Assembly (NCBI GenBank): GCA_016748015.1
Contig: JAAOMT010000258.1
Coordinates: forward strand, 188,173 to 252,172
Origin: Geosiphon pyriformis uo1
Taxonomy: Eukaryota; Fungi; Glomeromycota
Length of the DNA: 64,000 nucleotides
Direction of reading: 5' to 3'
Part shown: positions 51,400 through 64,000 of the stretch, one piece after another
How the letters are laid out: each line of letters begins with the position of its first letter
How positions within the stretch are numbered: position 1 is the first letter of the stretch
Notes under the pieces: generated by a model
Seen by the model: the letters and a program-made list of their open reading frames with translations, nothing else
What the model was told of the DNA's origin: nothing
The model's database searches: none
Translations under genes and position numbers: made by a program

Positions 51400-54300
51400 T
51401 AAAAACATTATATTTAAAAAAAATATAGTATCAACCAATATATTAGTTTTATTATTATTAAAAACTCTTAATCTTAGTTAATTGTTTAAAAAACAGGCAA
51501 TTATCAAAGTTTTTCAAATTAAAACTGCTTATTACTAAGATTGTAAAATGTTTGAACTTAAAAAATATGTTTAAATTTGATTATTTTATTAAAATTTGGT
51601 TAATTGTTGATAAAACAAAAGTTTCTAAAATTATAAGAATGATTTAAAATAATATAGATATAATAGTTATTATTAAGTATTTGTTAATATTTAAAAAAGA
51701 ATATATAAAATCCAAATATTATGAATTTAAAACAACCAAAAATGCATTTATCTAAAAAGTAATCAAGCAATATATAGAAAATTTTGTTTAAACAAAAAAC
51801 AGATAATTAAGAATGTTTTAAAGTAATTTTTTTGCAAAGTTGTTTTAAATTACTTGGTAGTTAAAAAAGATTTGGTTTTAAAACTGAATAAAATAAAAAG
51901 CAAGATTAATGAAATTATAAAAAAGTAGATAAAAAATAAGATTGTATTTTAGATAATATTCAATTTTTGGTTTTACTAATATTTATCTTTGACTTATATA
52001 AACAATAATACATTTTTTGGGATTATATACAAGATTAAATTGCAGAAATTAGTTTAAGTTGTTAATAATTTGCTTAATAGCAAAGTTACTAAACTGTTTG
52101 GTATATTTAATAAATTCTAAAAACATTGTGATAAAACTGTAATAAAATGTCTTCTAAATTTGTTTAATTTGTGTTTGTTTTTAAGTAATATTCTGGTTTT
52201 TTGGAAAAAAGTATAGGTTTTAATGATCTTCAAATCTTATAAATAAGATATATTTTAACAAATATCTAATTTATTATATTAATTAAAACAGTTAAAAAAA
52301 TTCTATTTAAAATTCTTTCAGATAAGATTTTCTTTATATGTAAAGAATTTAATGTTTTTTATAATAATAATTTTTGGTTTTAAAGAGTACTTTAATTCAG
52401 TTTTTTGTGTTTGTTATTAACTTAATAGTAGAAAATACTTTGGAAAAAAGCTAAAAGCTTTGGTTAATTTTGCAGGATATATATAAAATATATGATTTAT
52501 TTAAATAATATTACTTAAAAACTAGTTTAAAACATATTAAAATATGTAACAGATTTATTAATTTTTTTGAAAATATACACATGAACAGAATTAACAGAAT
52601 AATAATTGATTTTGGTCTTTTAAATAACTATAATATTTATAATAAACTAAATTAGAGTAAAATTTTCTTATTACTTTTATAAAAAGATTTTTATAATCTT
52701 TTTTTTTGTAAAATAAAAAGACATGAACAGTTATATAGATATAAAATTAACATGAATTTCATGATAAGAATAAGCAAAATAGAAATTAGTAGAAAAAAAT
52801 TTTTATTTTTTGTAATTGATACTTTTGTCAATAATATAATTTGAATTAAAAATAGCCAAGCTTTAATATAATATATTTTAAATATTGCTAATAAGTTTTT
52901 TAAGATTAATAATATTTCTATTAACAATAACAAAATAATAAATATTTCTATTAATTAAAGGATTGTGTATTTTTTTTATATATTAATAGTCACCCAATTT
53001 TTATTGTTTAATTTAACAAATTTTATAGGTACTTAGACATTTTTTTGTTGACAAAAGGTATATTAAAGCCAAGTTTTTTCAAGATATATTCAAATATTAA
53101 GTTTTTTTTAAATGTGGTTTTTAAAAAAGCATTATTAAACAAACAGTTTTATATTTAATTTTAGTAGTTTTACAGTTTATAATTGGTTATTATATATAAT
53201 TTAGTTTTATGTTTAAAAATATGTATTAGAAATAAAATATTATAATAAAAAAAAAATTTAGATCTAAGGCCAATCTGTTAAAAAATTTTTTTAATAAAAC
53301 TTTGTATTATCTATTTCTGTATGAATTAAAGTCATTTAATTAAATACAAATAGAGACAAAAATTGCTTTAGTAATTAGTTTTGCTAATACTTTGGGAATT
53401 TTTGGTCAGTTGTTTGAATACCAATTTTTGGATTTACAAATTCTGAGTTGAATACTTATAAACTTGCTACAATATCTAATTAAATTGAAAATTAGATTTG
53501 TAAATAATTTTTTGGCAGATGTAATAAAAATTTTCTTATATAATGAAATTTCTATAGTTAACAATTTGTCTAGTATGTTCTATAGTTTTGATTACTATCT
53601 AATATCTAAGATTTTAGGTAATTTTTATTACTTTGAAGTGATTGGTTCTTTAAAACACTTTAATATAACTTTTAAAGCCAAATTATTAGACAAGTATAGA
53701 TTGATTATGAATTAAAAAACTTTTTATTATTGAAAAAAATTGAGTTCTAAAAGTCTAGTGTAAGTATAATTTATGAGAATGTTAATATATATAAATAATT
53801 TTCTGTTTATGCTAATAAAATTGCTATTAGTTTTGACTGTTTAAATTTTTTTAATTTAATAGACTTTGCAGACATTTAAAAATATTTGTATAAGTTATAA
53901 ACAGGAGCAATAAATATTTACACTGATAGTATATTAAAAAGTTTGGGTACTGTAAAAATAACTGGTGAAATAACAGCTTATTTTTCAGATATCAAGATAA
54001 GATTAGATATTAGAATATATAAATTGTTATTTTTAACAATATTTAAATTGTAAACAATTATTTTGGTCTTGAAGTGTATTTTTTTTTTGTTTGGTGGTTT
54101 TACACATGAATTGTTAAGTGATTATAAATACATGTATTTTAAAACTCTAGTTTTATATGTCAAATTACAGAAACAAGTATTAAGTGAAAAGATATTATGT
54201 GGCTAATTTAATTAGATCTAAGAATATTACAGTAAAGTAAGTAAAAGTCAAAGACCATTTAAAAGATGCTAGAAATGAATGAGCAGATGCTTTTGTATAT

Positions 54301-54942
54301 AATACTGCACAGTCTTATTTGGGCCTTTTTGTGAGTATTTAAAAAAAATTTATTATGGTTAATAATATAATTGTGTTAGATAATACTTATTATTTTGTTT
54401 ATAATATTTTTAGACTATTTGTTATACTTAATAAACAGTAAGTTCTAGTGTAAATGTTTTGAATAACTTATTTATCTAGAACATAAACTGGACTTGTACT
54501 GTTATAGTTTGGTATCTAGACTTTTATATGCTTTTTGGTTTTATCAATAGAACTTTGACTATTCTTTGTACATATTTAATAAAAATGGTTTATAAAAAGC
54601 TATCAGTTACAGTTAAAAAAAAACTTTATGATAAAAATTATCCAAATGTTTTGTGCTTAGCATATGGTAATATTAAGCTACCTAATTATGTTTTTACATG
54701 TTCGAAAAATGCTTTTATGTATTTTGATATCTTATATAATCATATAAAATTGTAAAAGTTTTTGGTTATGGTCTGCTTTTTATTATCTTCACTAGTGCTG
54801 TATGCTCTTTTTTTGAGAATTTTTAATATTGAGTTGTATACAGTTTTGTGCAAAAGCTTTGTTTTTAAAAATTAGATTGATGAAACTATGATAGTCTTTG
54901 GTAATAAAAAAAGCTATATTAATAGTAGTTAATTTTGTTTGT
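51400..54942 (+). mobile_element. Highly degenerate LINE ORF2 fragment (RT to C-terminus)
   Basis: LILQDI, TFVNNII (decayed FVDD), YRYLDIF, IYTDS, VKVKDH, KKLYDKNYPNVLCLAYG; left boundary approximate. Confidence 0.82.
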
Positions 54943-55725
54943 TATTATAATAAATAATTATTTGAAATATTAAAACAAATAACAAATTCATAATTTGGTC
55001 CTCAATAGTTATTAATAATAGTGGTTTCTGAAGATTTTATGATTTGAGATTTAATTAATGGTTTTTTCTGTGAATTTTTTTCTTTAGCATAATAGCTAAT
55101 TTAATTTAACAATTATGCTTTTCTAATAAACTATTTTTAAGTTTCTATTCTTGTTTTACAGATCTTTTATCAGACTATTCTTGATGTCAATTACTTAATA
55201 CTTAATTTTTTAATCAATTAGTAAACAACAAAGAAACAAAAATAAAAATAAAATAAAAAAAAATAAAAAGTTATTTTGTTAATAGCTGTAATTAATAACT
55301 ATTGTTCTAATATAATTAAATATTGTATTCTATCAACATAAATTATTAATAATAAAAAGTGATAAAAATTTTTAATCAAGTAATAATAACATAAATTAGA
55401 TAATAATTGAATATATTATTAATATAAGTATAATTTACTTTAAGTTATAAAAAACTATTTTTTAAAAAGAAAAATATTAAATAATTATTTATTTTTAACT
55501 ATTGTTTTGTTTTTTTTTGTTTTTAATATTTTTGCTATATATATATAATTTATATTATATGAAATTTTACATTTTTTTACATTACTTTCTGGAAATATGC
55601 TTATTCTTAGAAATATGCCATAATTTTTTGAAAATATGCTCATTTATTAAGTACTATTTTTCTATTAGTTTATTTTATGATTTGTTTTTTTTTATTTTTT
55701 CTGAAAAAAAACCAAAGATATCACA
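54943..55725 (-). repeat. Degenerate solo LTR related to family B
   Basis: The left part is the reverse complement of the Gypsy-B LTR 3' half (aaacaaataacaaa, gatgtcaattacttaatacttaa, attgttctaa); the right end is divergent and approximate. Confidence 0.72.
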
Positions 55726-55729
55726 TAAA

Positions 55730-57260
55730 AAGTAAAACCACCAACAATTTAAGCCCAAGTTTTTCTGCTAAATAAAACTGGACAAGCAATTGGTATCTGT
55801 TTTTTTCTATATATATTTGCTAAATAAACCTAATTTTAAGAATTGACTATTTATCTACTACAATTACCCAAATTTTCACTTACTAAACACATACCAAAAA
55901 CATGACCAAATTGTTTGCACTAAACACAATAAGCCAAAAAAAGACCAGCTCAGCACAAATTTACATTCTTAAAAACTGGAGTAAAACTAACAACAGCTTT
56001 TTTGGAAGCTTTATTAGCAAAACAAAACACAACATATTTATTATGCCCATATGTATTCAAATTACAACCAATAAATTTTCTCATCATATAATATCAATAC
56101 TTTAGAAAAATTATAAGCAGTAATGCTAACTGACAACATATACAACAAAACTTGATAAAGATCTTTGGATACTTACAACTGTTTATTATTAACTGCCAAA
56201 GCTACATACATAAAATTCTTTTCCATGAAAACTGATCAGTTAAAAGCAACCAAATTAGTAATATTTGATAATTTAAACTCTATTAGTGTTTTTTGCCAAA
56301 GACCAATAAATTGCATTTTGATAGACATAATCTTGCCAAATTTAGAGAACATTGACTTCATAGCTAATTTGAAAAGATTTACTGAGATCTTTTTGACAAT
56401 TATTTTTCAATCTGTATGATTGTTTTTTTCTTATATTATTATCTACCATAATTTTTTTATAAATTGCCAATTTTTTTGCTTTATTTAAGCTCAATTCTAA
56501 TATAAAAAATGATTTGATAATTTCTGAAAATTTTGAAGAAGTAGATATTTCTCCAAAATCATCAACACAATAGGAAATTTTTTTTATTATAATTAATTTA
56601 TTATTGTTAATTTTATCAGATATAGCAGACAACTCAATATCCAATGTAAATAACTTTGTCAAATTGAAATTCCATTTTTCTAAAACACATGACCTAATTA
56701 ATAGAAGTTATTTGAAGCCATTAAACTTAGATAATAGAAGCATTAAAATGTTTTTATCATTGTTTAAATCTATAAATAAAAGAGTTTTTGGCAATTGATT
56801 CAACACATATGTTTAAGTGCAAATTTTTCACAACATAATATTATCTATATTATTATTAATTACTAAATTATTCAAATCTACATAGCTAGTTTTTTTGGCA
56901 ATCATATTTTTCATATTTTTTATGTTTGATAGACTATTAATATTACTGGTTTTACTATTAATTTCACTTCTCCAAGACATTACAAACTTCTTACCAAAAT
57001 TATTAATATTTTTAAGACTTAAAAAACTAACAGACAAATTGACTATACTGATATCTATATCAAGTTTTTTTGGTTTTTATAAGATATATTATAGAAGTAA
57101 ACACTTTTTACATGCTTTTTTTTAGCATTTGAGTGAATTTCCAAACCAGCTAAACCTAAATTAGAACTACTAACAAAAGAACCCACCAGTTTTATCACAA
57201 CAAAAAAAAATAAGTTGGAAGAAATAACTAAAGAAACACAAAGGCAAAAAAAAAACAAAT
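55730..57260 (-). mobile_element. LINE 5' fragment (ORF1 up to just past the CCHC knuckle)
   Basis: KLFTLDIELSAI, IKMQFIGLWQKTLIEF, CV*CKQFGHVFGMC; same family as 3993-4399. Confidence 0.83.
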
Positions 57261-58143
57261 TAATTCTTTAATAATTTTTTGCTTTTATTATGGCCAAAAG
57301 ATTGACAAGAAAAAAATTATAATTTTTATTGTTAAAGTCTATTTTATTTATTAAATAAATAACTAATTATATTTAAAATATTTGAAAAATTAATAGCAAT
57401 ACTTTTTGTTTTTAATTTATATCTGCTTATATAATTTTAAATTATATAAAAAACAATAATAAATAATTTTATAAAAAAATTTTATAGCAAATTGGTTTTA
57501 AACTTTAAACTTTTTTTAAATATAATATTTTATCTAAAATACATATTTTTAGTAATAAAACAAAACTAAAATCTGTAATAAATAATAAATTTTAAAATTA
57601 TAAACATCAAATATAAAAATTGGTTATTTAAAAAAACTTTTTTTAAAACAAAATTACCAAAAAACTTAGTATTAATAATAAATTTTAACAAAACTAAGTT
57701 TAAAAAAAAATTTATTAATAAATAAATTATTAAGTATTTATATAACTCTTTTTTTGTAATTAAAATAAATAAATTATTAATAAATAAAAAAGCTTTTCTG
57801 ACTTATTAGTTTATTAAAATAGTTACAATCTTAATAATATTAATATTAAAAAACTTGTTTATAAAATTTAGTATTTTTTGTATTATTACTTAGCTATTTT
57901 TAATTTAAATAATATTATTAACAAAACTATTTATAATTAAATATAATATAATTTGGTTTAATTTTTAACTTTATCTATTTTAATAATAAATTTAATATTA
58001 ATATAATATTTATATAAATATTTATGTTTTTTAATTTCACATAAAAAAAGATTATAAAAAATTTTTTATAGCAAAAATAAAAATTTTTACTTTAGTTTAG
58101 ACTTTTATATATTTTATTATTATAAATATTACAAATATTAAAA

Positions 58144-60410
58144 TTTTTTGTTTTCTTAAATTTATAATTATAATTAAAGCAAAGAATAAAAAAGCTACAT
58201 TTAATATCTTTTTTAAGATATCTAATAAAATTTTATCCAAAAAAGTTTTCTTAATTATAAAAACAACTAGACAGAATATTTTAAAAGTTTTTTTTTTAAA
58301 TAGTAATAGTAAAAAACTGTTTTTAATAACTATTAAAACATTTTTTTTATTTTTAATTGGTTCTTTATTAGTTAAGATTCTCTCAAAAAACACTTGGATT
58401 AGTTATAATATTATTTCTATTTTTACTAAAAGCCTAAAAGTTTTTAATAACAGACTAATTAACAAATTAGTTTTTTTAATTATTGTTGTTATATTTAATA
58501 TTACTAATACTATTTCTGTAAAATAATTGAAAAGCCAAAAATTCCAAAAAATAAGAGCAATTATTTGTTTTTGCTATTATTATATCAAACTTTTTTGTAA
58601 TTTTAGATAAAATCTTGATAAAATCTCTATTATATTATCTAATATGTTGTCTAAAATAAACCAAAATTAATTATTGGCTGTATTGTTAAATATGGTGTTT
58701 TTTGATAGATTATTACTGATTTTAAAAGCAAAATAACAGTTTTTTATTAGATTATCTGTTTTTAAAAACTGAATTAACCAAATAAAATTGAATTATTATT
58801 TTTTTTTGGTTTTTGGTGTTATTATTAGTAATGCTTAAAAAACTATTATTGATTGTCAAAAATTTACTAAATAAATATTTCTACTATAATGTTTAATACT
58901 ACTTTTAAGATTAAATTGACTTATATTAAGACTATTTTTTAGTTTGTACATAGTTTTTTGGATATAAAATTAATTGTAAAAAACAATATAAAGTTTTTTT
59001 GTATAAAATTTGCTTTTTATTAATCTTTAAAAGCTGTATTTTTGGTTGAGTTTAAAAGTTTTGTTTATTTAACTATTTTTAAAATTGCCAAATTTTTGGT
59101 AGTTTTTAAGTCTGGTTTTTTTTTGTTGCTATTATATTGTAAAATATACTTTTAGATATGTCTGCTACTAATATTAAGATAATACTTAGTGTGAATGGAA
59201 AAGTCTCTTATATTATGCTAAAATCTGCTAACATTAATAATATATAGTTGTTTATTTTAAAATTTGGATGTTGCTGTATTTGTTTTGAATTATTGGTTAG
59301 TTTTATTGAACAAAAATAGTATTAAAATTTTTTTTCTGATAAATTAAAATAAAATTATTCTGTTTTATAATAAGTTCAAAACTAAGTTGGTTAATTTTTT
59401 TCTTAGCTGTACTGTTTTTAAAATCAATAATATGATTTTTCAAGTTGATAATTAAACTTGTTTTATTTTTTACTTACTTAATTTTGATTATTATTTTTAA
59501 TTTGTTTTAATTATATTTGGCTGACAGAATAATTTAAATATTATTATTATTAAAACCAATATTTTAAAAAAATATTATATCTAATAAGAAACTTTTGAAT
59601 ATTGATGCTATTTTAAGTACTAAAACTTGAATTATTTGGTTATTAATTATAAGATATTTTTATTTTTTTCTTTTAAGATTTTTAAAGCTTTTGTGTCTTG
59701 TTTTATTAATATTAAATTTTATGTCAAAATTGTTATTTTTGTGTAATTTTTAGTTTTTAGTTTTTTAATTGGTTCTGTTTTTTTGTTAATATAATAATTA
59801 ATAATTTTATGATTTTTTTTATTTAACTTCTCTAAAATCTAATTTGGCCAAGCTTTTTATATTGGTTAAATTTATTATTAAGCCAATTGATTTTTTGGTT
59901 GTTATGTTTAAATAATTTGTTAATAAAAATTTGGTTTTAAGTAATATATTTGGTTTTAAAATCAATAAAATTTTAGTATATATAAATATTTTTAGAAAAG
60001 TTGTTAGTAAATCGAAATAAAAGATAATTGTTTTAAAAACTAAATATAACTATAAAAATATTAATATAATTGGTCTTAAAATAAGTTTATTTACAGTTAA
60101 TAATAATATGTTTTTTAACTTAATATTACTATGAAAATATAAATCTATTAGTATTAAGACTAATATCATAAAATAGCTAAATAACTAGTTAAATTGGTTA
60201 ATAATAATACTATATTATTTGAAATTATTTAAAAAATATTTTCTTTGAGTAAGTTTTCTTTTAAAAACATCAATATAATATAGTCTAAACTAATTTAAAT
60301 AACAGATTATATATAGAAAGTACATAAACTGTATTTAACTTTAAAATACTTGGTTTGTTTCTAATATTTAAATAGCAGTTGAAACATATTTGTTAAATAC
60401 ATAAAAAAAA
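58144..60410 (+). mobile_element. ORF1-only non-autonomous LINE-like element (HAL1-like), copy 2 (more eroded)
   Basis: Collinear end to end with 32,859-35,124; 3' motif gattatatatagaaagtacat at about 60,305-60,325; A8 tail 60,403-60,410. Confidence 0.83.
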
Positions 60411-62068
60411 TACATGATCAAAAATTTAATAAATTTATTATATATTTTAATTTTTATTAAGCTATTTTTTAAATAAAACTAATTAACCAAATTATAAATT
60501 TTGTATATATTTTATAAAATTAATAATAATTTCTAATTTTTTTTAAACTATTTTTTACAATTAATCTTATTATAAAGATAGAAAAAAAATAGAAGTACTT
60601 TTTAATATTAAAAAATTAAATCTGTTATAAACAGTCAATATATAATTTAACAAAATTTTTTTGAGGTTTTAATTATAGCAATTAGATAAATATTAGTTAA
60701 AATATAATTTAGGAATTATTAACACTTAAAAAATTTTTTATTAAATATAAACAGATTTTAGTACTAAATAAAAATTAAGTAAATTTAATAGTAAATTAAT
60801 AATATACTTATTATATTATTTTTAAATTTTATTTAAAATACTAAATAAATTAGCAGTTTTATTATTTAACAGATCTTTAATAATAACTAATAGTTTTTTT
60901 TAATTAATAAAAATATTATTATTTGGTTCTGTTAAAAGGCAAAATACATTAGTTAAAACTTATTTTCTAATTTAATTTTTATAATAAAGTTAATTTTTGA
61001 TTTAATATTATTAAAATTCAAAATTAATTTATTGTTTATAACTAAAATAATCTTGTAAATCAGCTGTTTTAACATATTTTTAAATATATAATTTTTGTTA
61101 AAAGCAAAATTTTTCATTTGTTTTTTAATAATAGTATTAATACAATCTGATTCTAATTTACAAATTTATAATATTTAAAAACATAATAATTTTTTTTGGC
61201 TTTACAAAAAACAGATTTAACAACATTAAAACCAAAATTATTATACATTAAAACTCATATTTTCAAAGTTTTAAATAAATTCAAAATTATATACTTGTAA
61301 ATAAAATACTTAAAATCAAAGCCAGAATATAATTTAAAAATGCATATAATTTTAAAAACCAAAAATTTCAAATTAAAAAAGCATAAAAAGTGAATGTTTT
61401 TGTATATTAAGACTTATTATATCTAGATTTAATGAAAATTTGTTTAATAACAAAAAAAACATTCTTAAAACAAATTTTGTTTATTTTGAATTTTTTTAAA
61501 AAACACAAAACTGAATTCGAAATATAGTATTGGTTTTAATAAACATATATCTTTTAAATATATGTTTAAATAAGTTTTAAAAAATTAAAAATGTAAAATT
61601 GTGTTTATAATATAAATAATTATTAATTTTTTATAATTAAAAATGAAAATTCAAATAATTTATTAAAAAATTAAGGAATTTTGAAAAATGCAATGTATTT
61701 TTATTTTAATAAAAAAGCAAAATCTTCAATACAAAATATTATCAAGCTTATATTATTTTTTCAATCAAGTATTTTCAAAAACAGAATTTTTTATGATCAT
61801 ATAACAGCTTTAATTTTTAAAAAGTAGACTTTTTTTAACACCAATTCTGGTCTTAAGAAATCTTATAGAAGGACCGAATATACTTAAAAGGAATTATTTG
61901 TGTTTACCAAGCTGAAAGACCAGAATCATAATTAAAGTAAATCCAAGATGGACATTCGAAAATCGTAAGTTTTGAGCTTTAATAAGCCTGAGAAGTCCAG
62001 ACACAATGTGATTTTGGTGATCACGAAGATGTTTAAAGTAGACATTTCTTAATCGTTGTATCCTGATG

Positions 62069-64000
62069 TTAATCTATCTCTATAATAGATTGGCCCTCCC
62101 GATTAGATCTGGGTTGGGGAGATGAAGATGGTGGTGGAGGGTTGATTACATTGGCACTCATTAAACCCAAGCTAGGCTGAGCAGGCTCGGAAACTCTGTG
62201 AAGAGAAAGTACCTGAGTTTGATTTGCCGATTGATGAGAGGATGTAGAATTTAATGTTCCTGCGTTAGTTGAAAGAGAAGATTGGTTAGGGAGCTGGGTA
62301 AAAGCTGAGGATTGTGAAGGTATTGTTTGATGGGGAACCTCGGATGAGGGAACTGTCGATGGTTGTGGTGGTTGCAATGATAAGCGAGCTCCCTGAAGAG
62401 CTTCGCTAAGCTCAGCATCTTTAAGTAATATGTTTTGAGCTTTGCGAAGTTTTGATTCTAGATTGTTAAGACAATCTATATCCCGGGTGACTTTTGCAAG
62501 TTCGATGAGAAATTTGATGTAGGAATGAACATAAACGAAATGCCTCCCTGCCCTGGTGATGTAGGGATAAATTCAATTAATTTTAGTATTTGGATCCTTT
62601 TCGTGGGAAACAGTGATGTCAATTCTTCGGTTTAGATCCTTAAATATTAATGGATTGAAAGCAACTGGTTCGAAACTTTTACCTTTCGAATTCTGGTTTC
62701 CACACATTCATTACTGTTTTCGAAGAAGTTTTCAGTTGGAATAAATTTTGTAGCACAGTTTTAGCTTCATGTGGATTGTGTTCGACGTGATATAACAACC
62801 AAGCATGCTATTTTAAAATAAAAGCCAAATGGATCAGCAAATAAACTAGGAGTTCCTATTTAATTTTATTTAATGCTTACCCTATATACAGGTCGGTGAA
62901 GCCATTTGGGCTTGTCATTTTTACGGATTTCGGCAAGTCTTGCAAATATCAAATCGAATGCATATCTTTTATCTTGTGAAATTCTGACTTTGTGTGACTT
63001 TAGGCTATTAGAAGAATCACCCGAGTTATTGCTTTCACCATCAAGATATTTCTTCACAATTGTGGGCTTAAACAGGAAACAAACATTGAATAAAATAACT
63101 ATTAACGAAATAATAATAAGCATCGTCTAATGAATACCTCAATCTGACCGTGAAAAAGAAACTTTGCTAAGGTTGAAGTTAATTTGTATTCAGCATCAAA
63201 AATTCTTTCTTGTCCAGATATACCAGATCTTTCTGGTGTTCTTTCAAATGCCATCTTGTAGAGCCTCAGCACGACCTATACACATATAATTCAGTCAGTT
63301 TTTCAATTCCGAATATTTAAAAGTTAAAGCCTGTCACAAAAGTAATGCTCATCGGAATTTACTTGCCTGAGGATCTCTTCCAAGTTTTTGCATACATTTT
63401 CCTAGCATGTAAGGAATTCTTTGGTAATAACATGAGTGTAATTATTACCTTCATTATTATGCGGTGAAAAGACACTCAAATTCAGAGGGTCTAACCTCCA
63501 ATCACGACCATTCGAATTAAGCTCATTTTCTTCCATCTTTTCGTATTTCAAAGCTTGTCCTAAACAGTATGCAGCGAAAGAGTAACAATCTTCACGTGCT
63601 GGGACAGGAAGAGAAGTGAGTCGAGGATAAAAACTGGCCATCGACATTGGCTCGGTAGTCATTGAGTATACATGGTAGCCATAATCACGCCAGAAATTTA
63701 CCAACTCTGAATAGGGGATAGATTCTTGGGGCCCAAAGGGGCTTTCTTTTATTTTAGCTGCCAATGAATAACAAAGAAAGGACATCTAATTTGCAAAGAT
63801 CATTGTATTGATTCTTCAGAAATAATTGATTAAAGTTATTAAACAAGTAAAGATAGTTTCTAACCTTTTGATATACCGCGATGGCAAAAAAGTTGCTTTG
63901 GATCTCTGCTGCACTCCATGTCATACTTTCAGCCGCCAAGCTCGCATAACATGTAGCTAATGAATACCATGAGGCAAACCTATGAGGATTATAATAAAGA
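62069..64000 (-). CDS. HIR3: Histone transcription regulator 3 (Hir3/Cabin1-like HIR complex subunit), 3' exons; gene extends beyond the right edge
   Basis: Spliced translation gives DKPKWLHR and VWKPEFER|AGRHFVYVHSYIKFL (intron 62,553-62,682) plus ERIFDAEYKL, motifs I recognise from fungal Hir3 C-termini; approximate exons 62069-62552, 62683-62810, 62880-63060, 63138-63277, 63366-63790, 63865-64000. Confidence 0.82.

Overview
Eukaryotic, very AT-rich, TE-dominated window that looks like an early-diverging (Glomeromycotina/Geosiphon-type) fungal genome; this taxonomy is inference from element and protein style. Two TE blocks (about 1-24,100 and about 32,300-61,800) are almost devoid of CpG and heavily eroded by C>T/G>A transitions. 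They flank a CpG-retaining gene island (about 24,200-32,200) with a 412-aa coiled-coil/Ser-Pro-rich gene and a spliced CYSTM-type gene. The 3' part of a HIR3 (Cabin1-like histone chaperone) gene lies at the right edge. The TE blocks contain: (i) two related Ty3/Gypsy elements, one complete (11,596-21,640; LTRs, 4-bp TSD GTAT) with a Cys-rich insert and a dUTPase between protease and RT; (ii) several solo LTRs of three families, with 4-bp TSDs where intact; (iii) two full-length, head-to-head L1-like LINEs with ORF1 (RRM-like + CCHC) and ORF2 (APE-RT-RNase H-Zn finger), plus older fragments; (iv) two equal-length (about 2.27 kb) ORF1-only non-autonomous elements sharing the LINE 3' hairpin (HAL1-like); (v) a candidate TRIM-like mini LTR element. 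All TE ORFs are pseudogenised. The most interesting signals are the ORF1-only LINE parasite family, the dUTPase plus Zn-domain Gypsy, and a context-biased RIP-like erosion signature.
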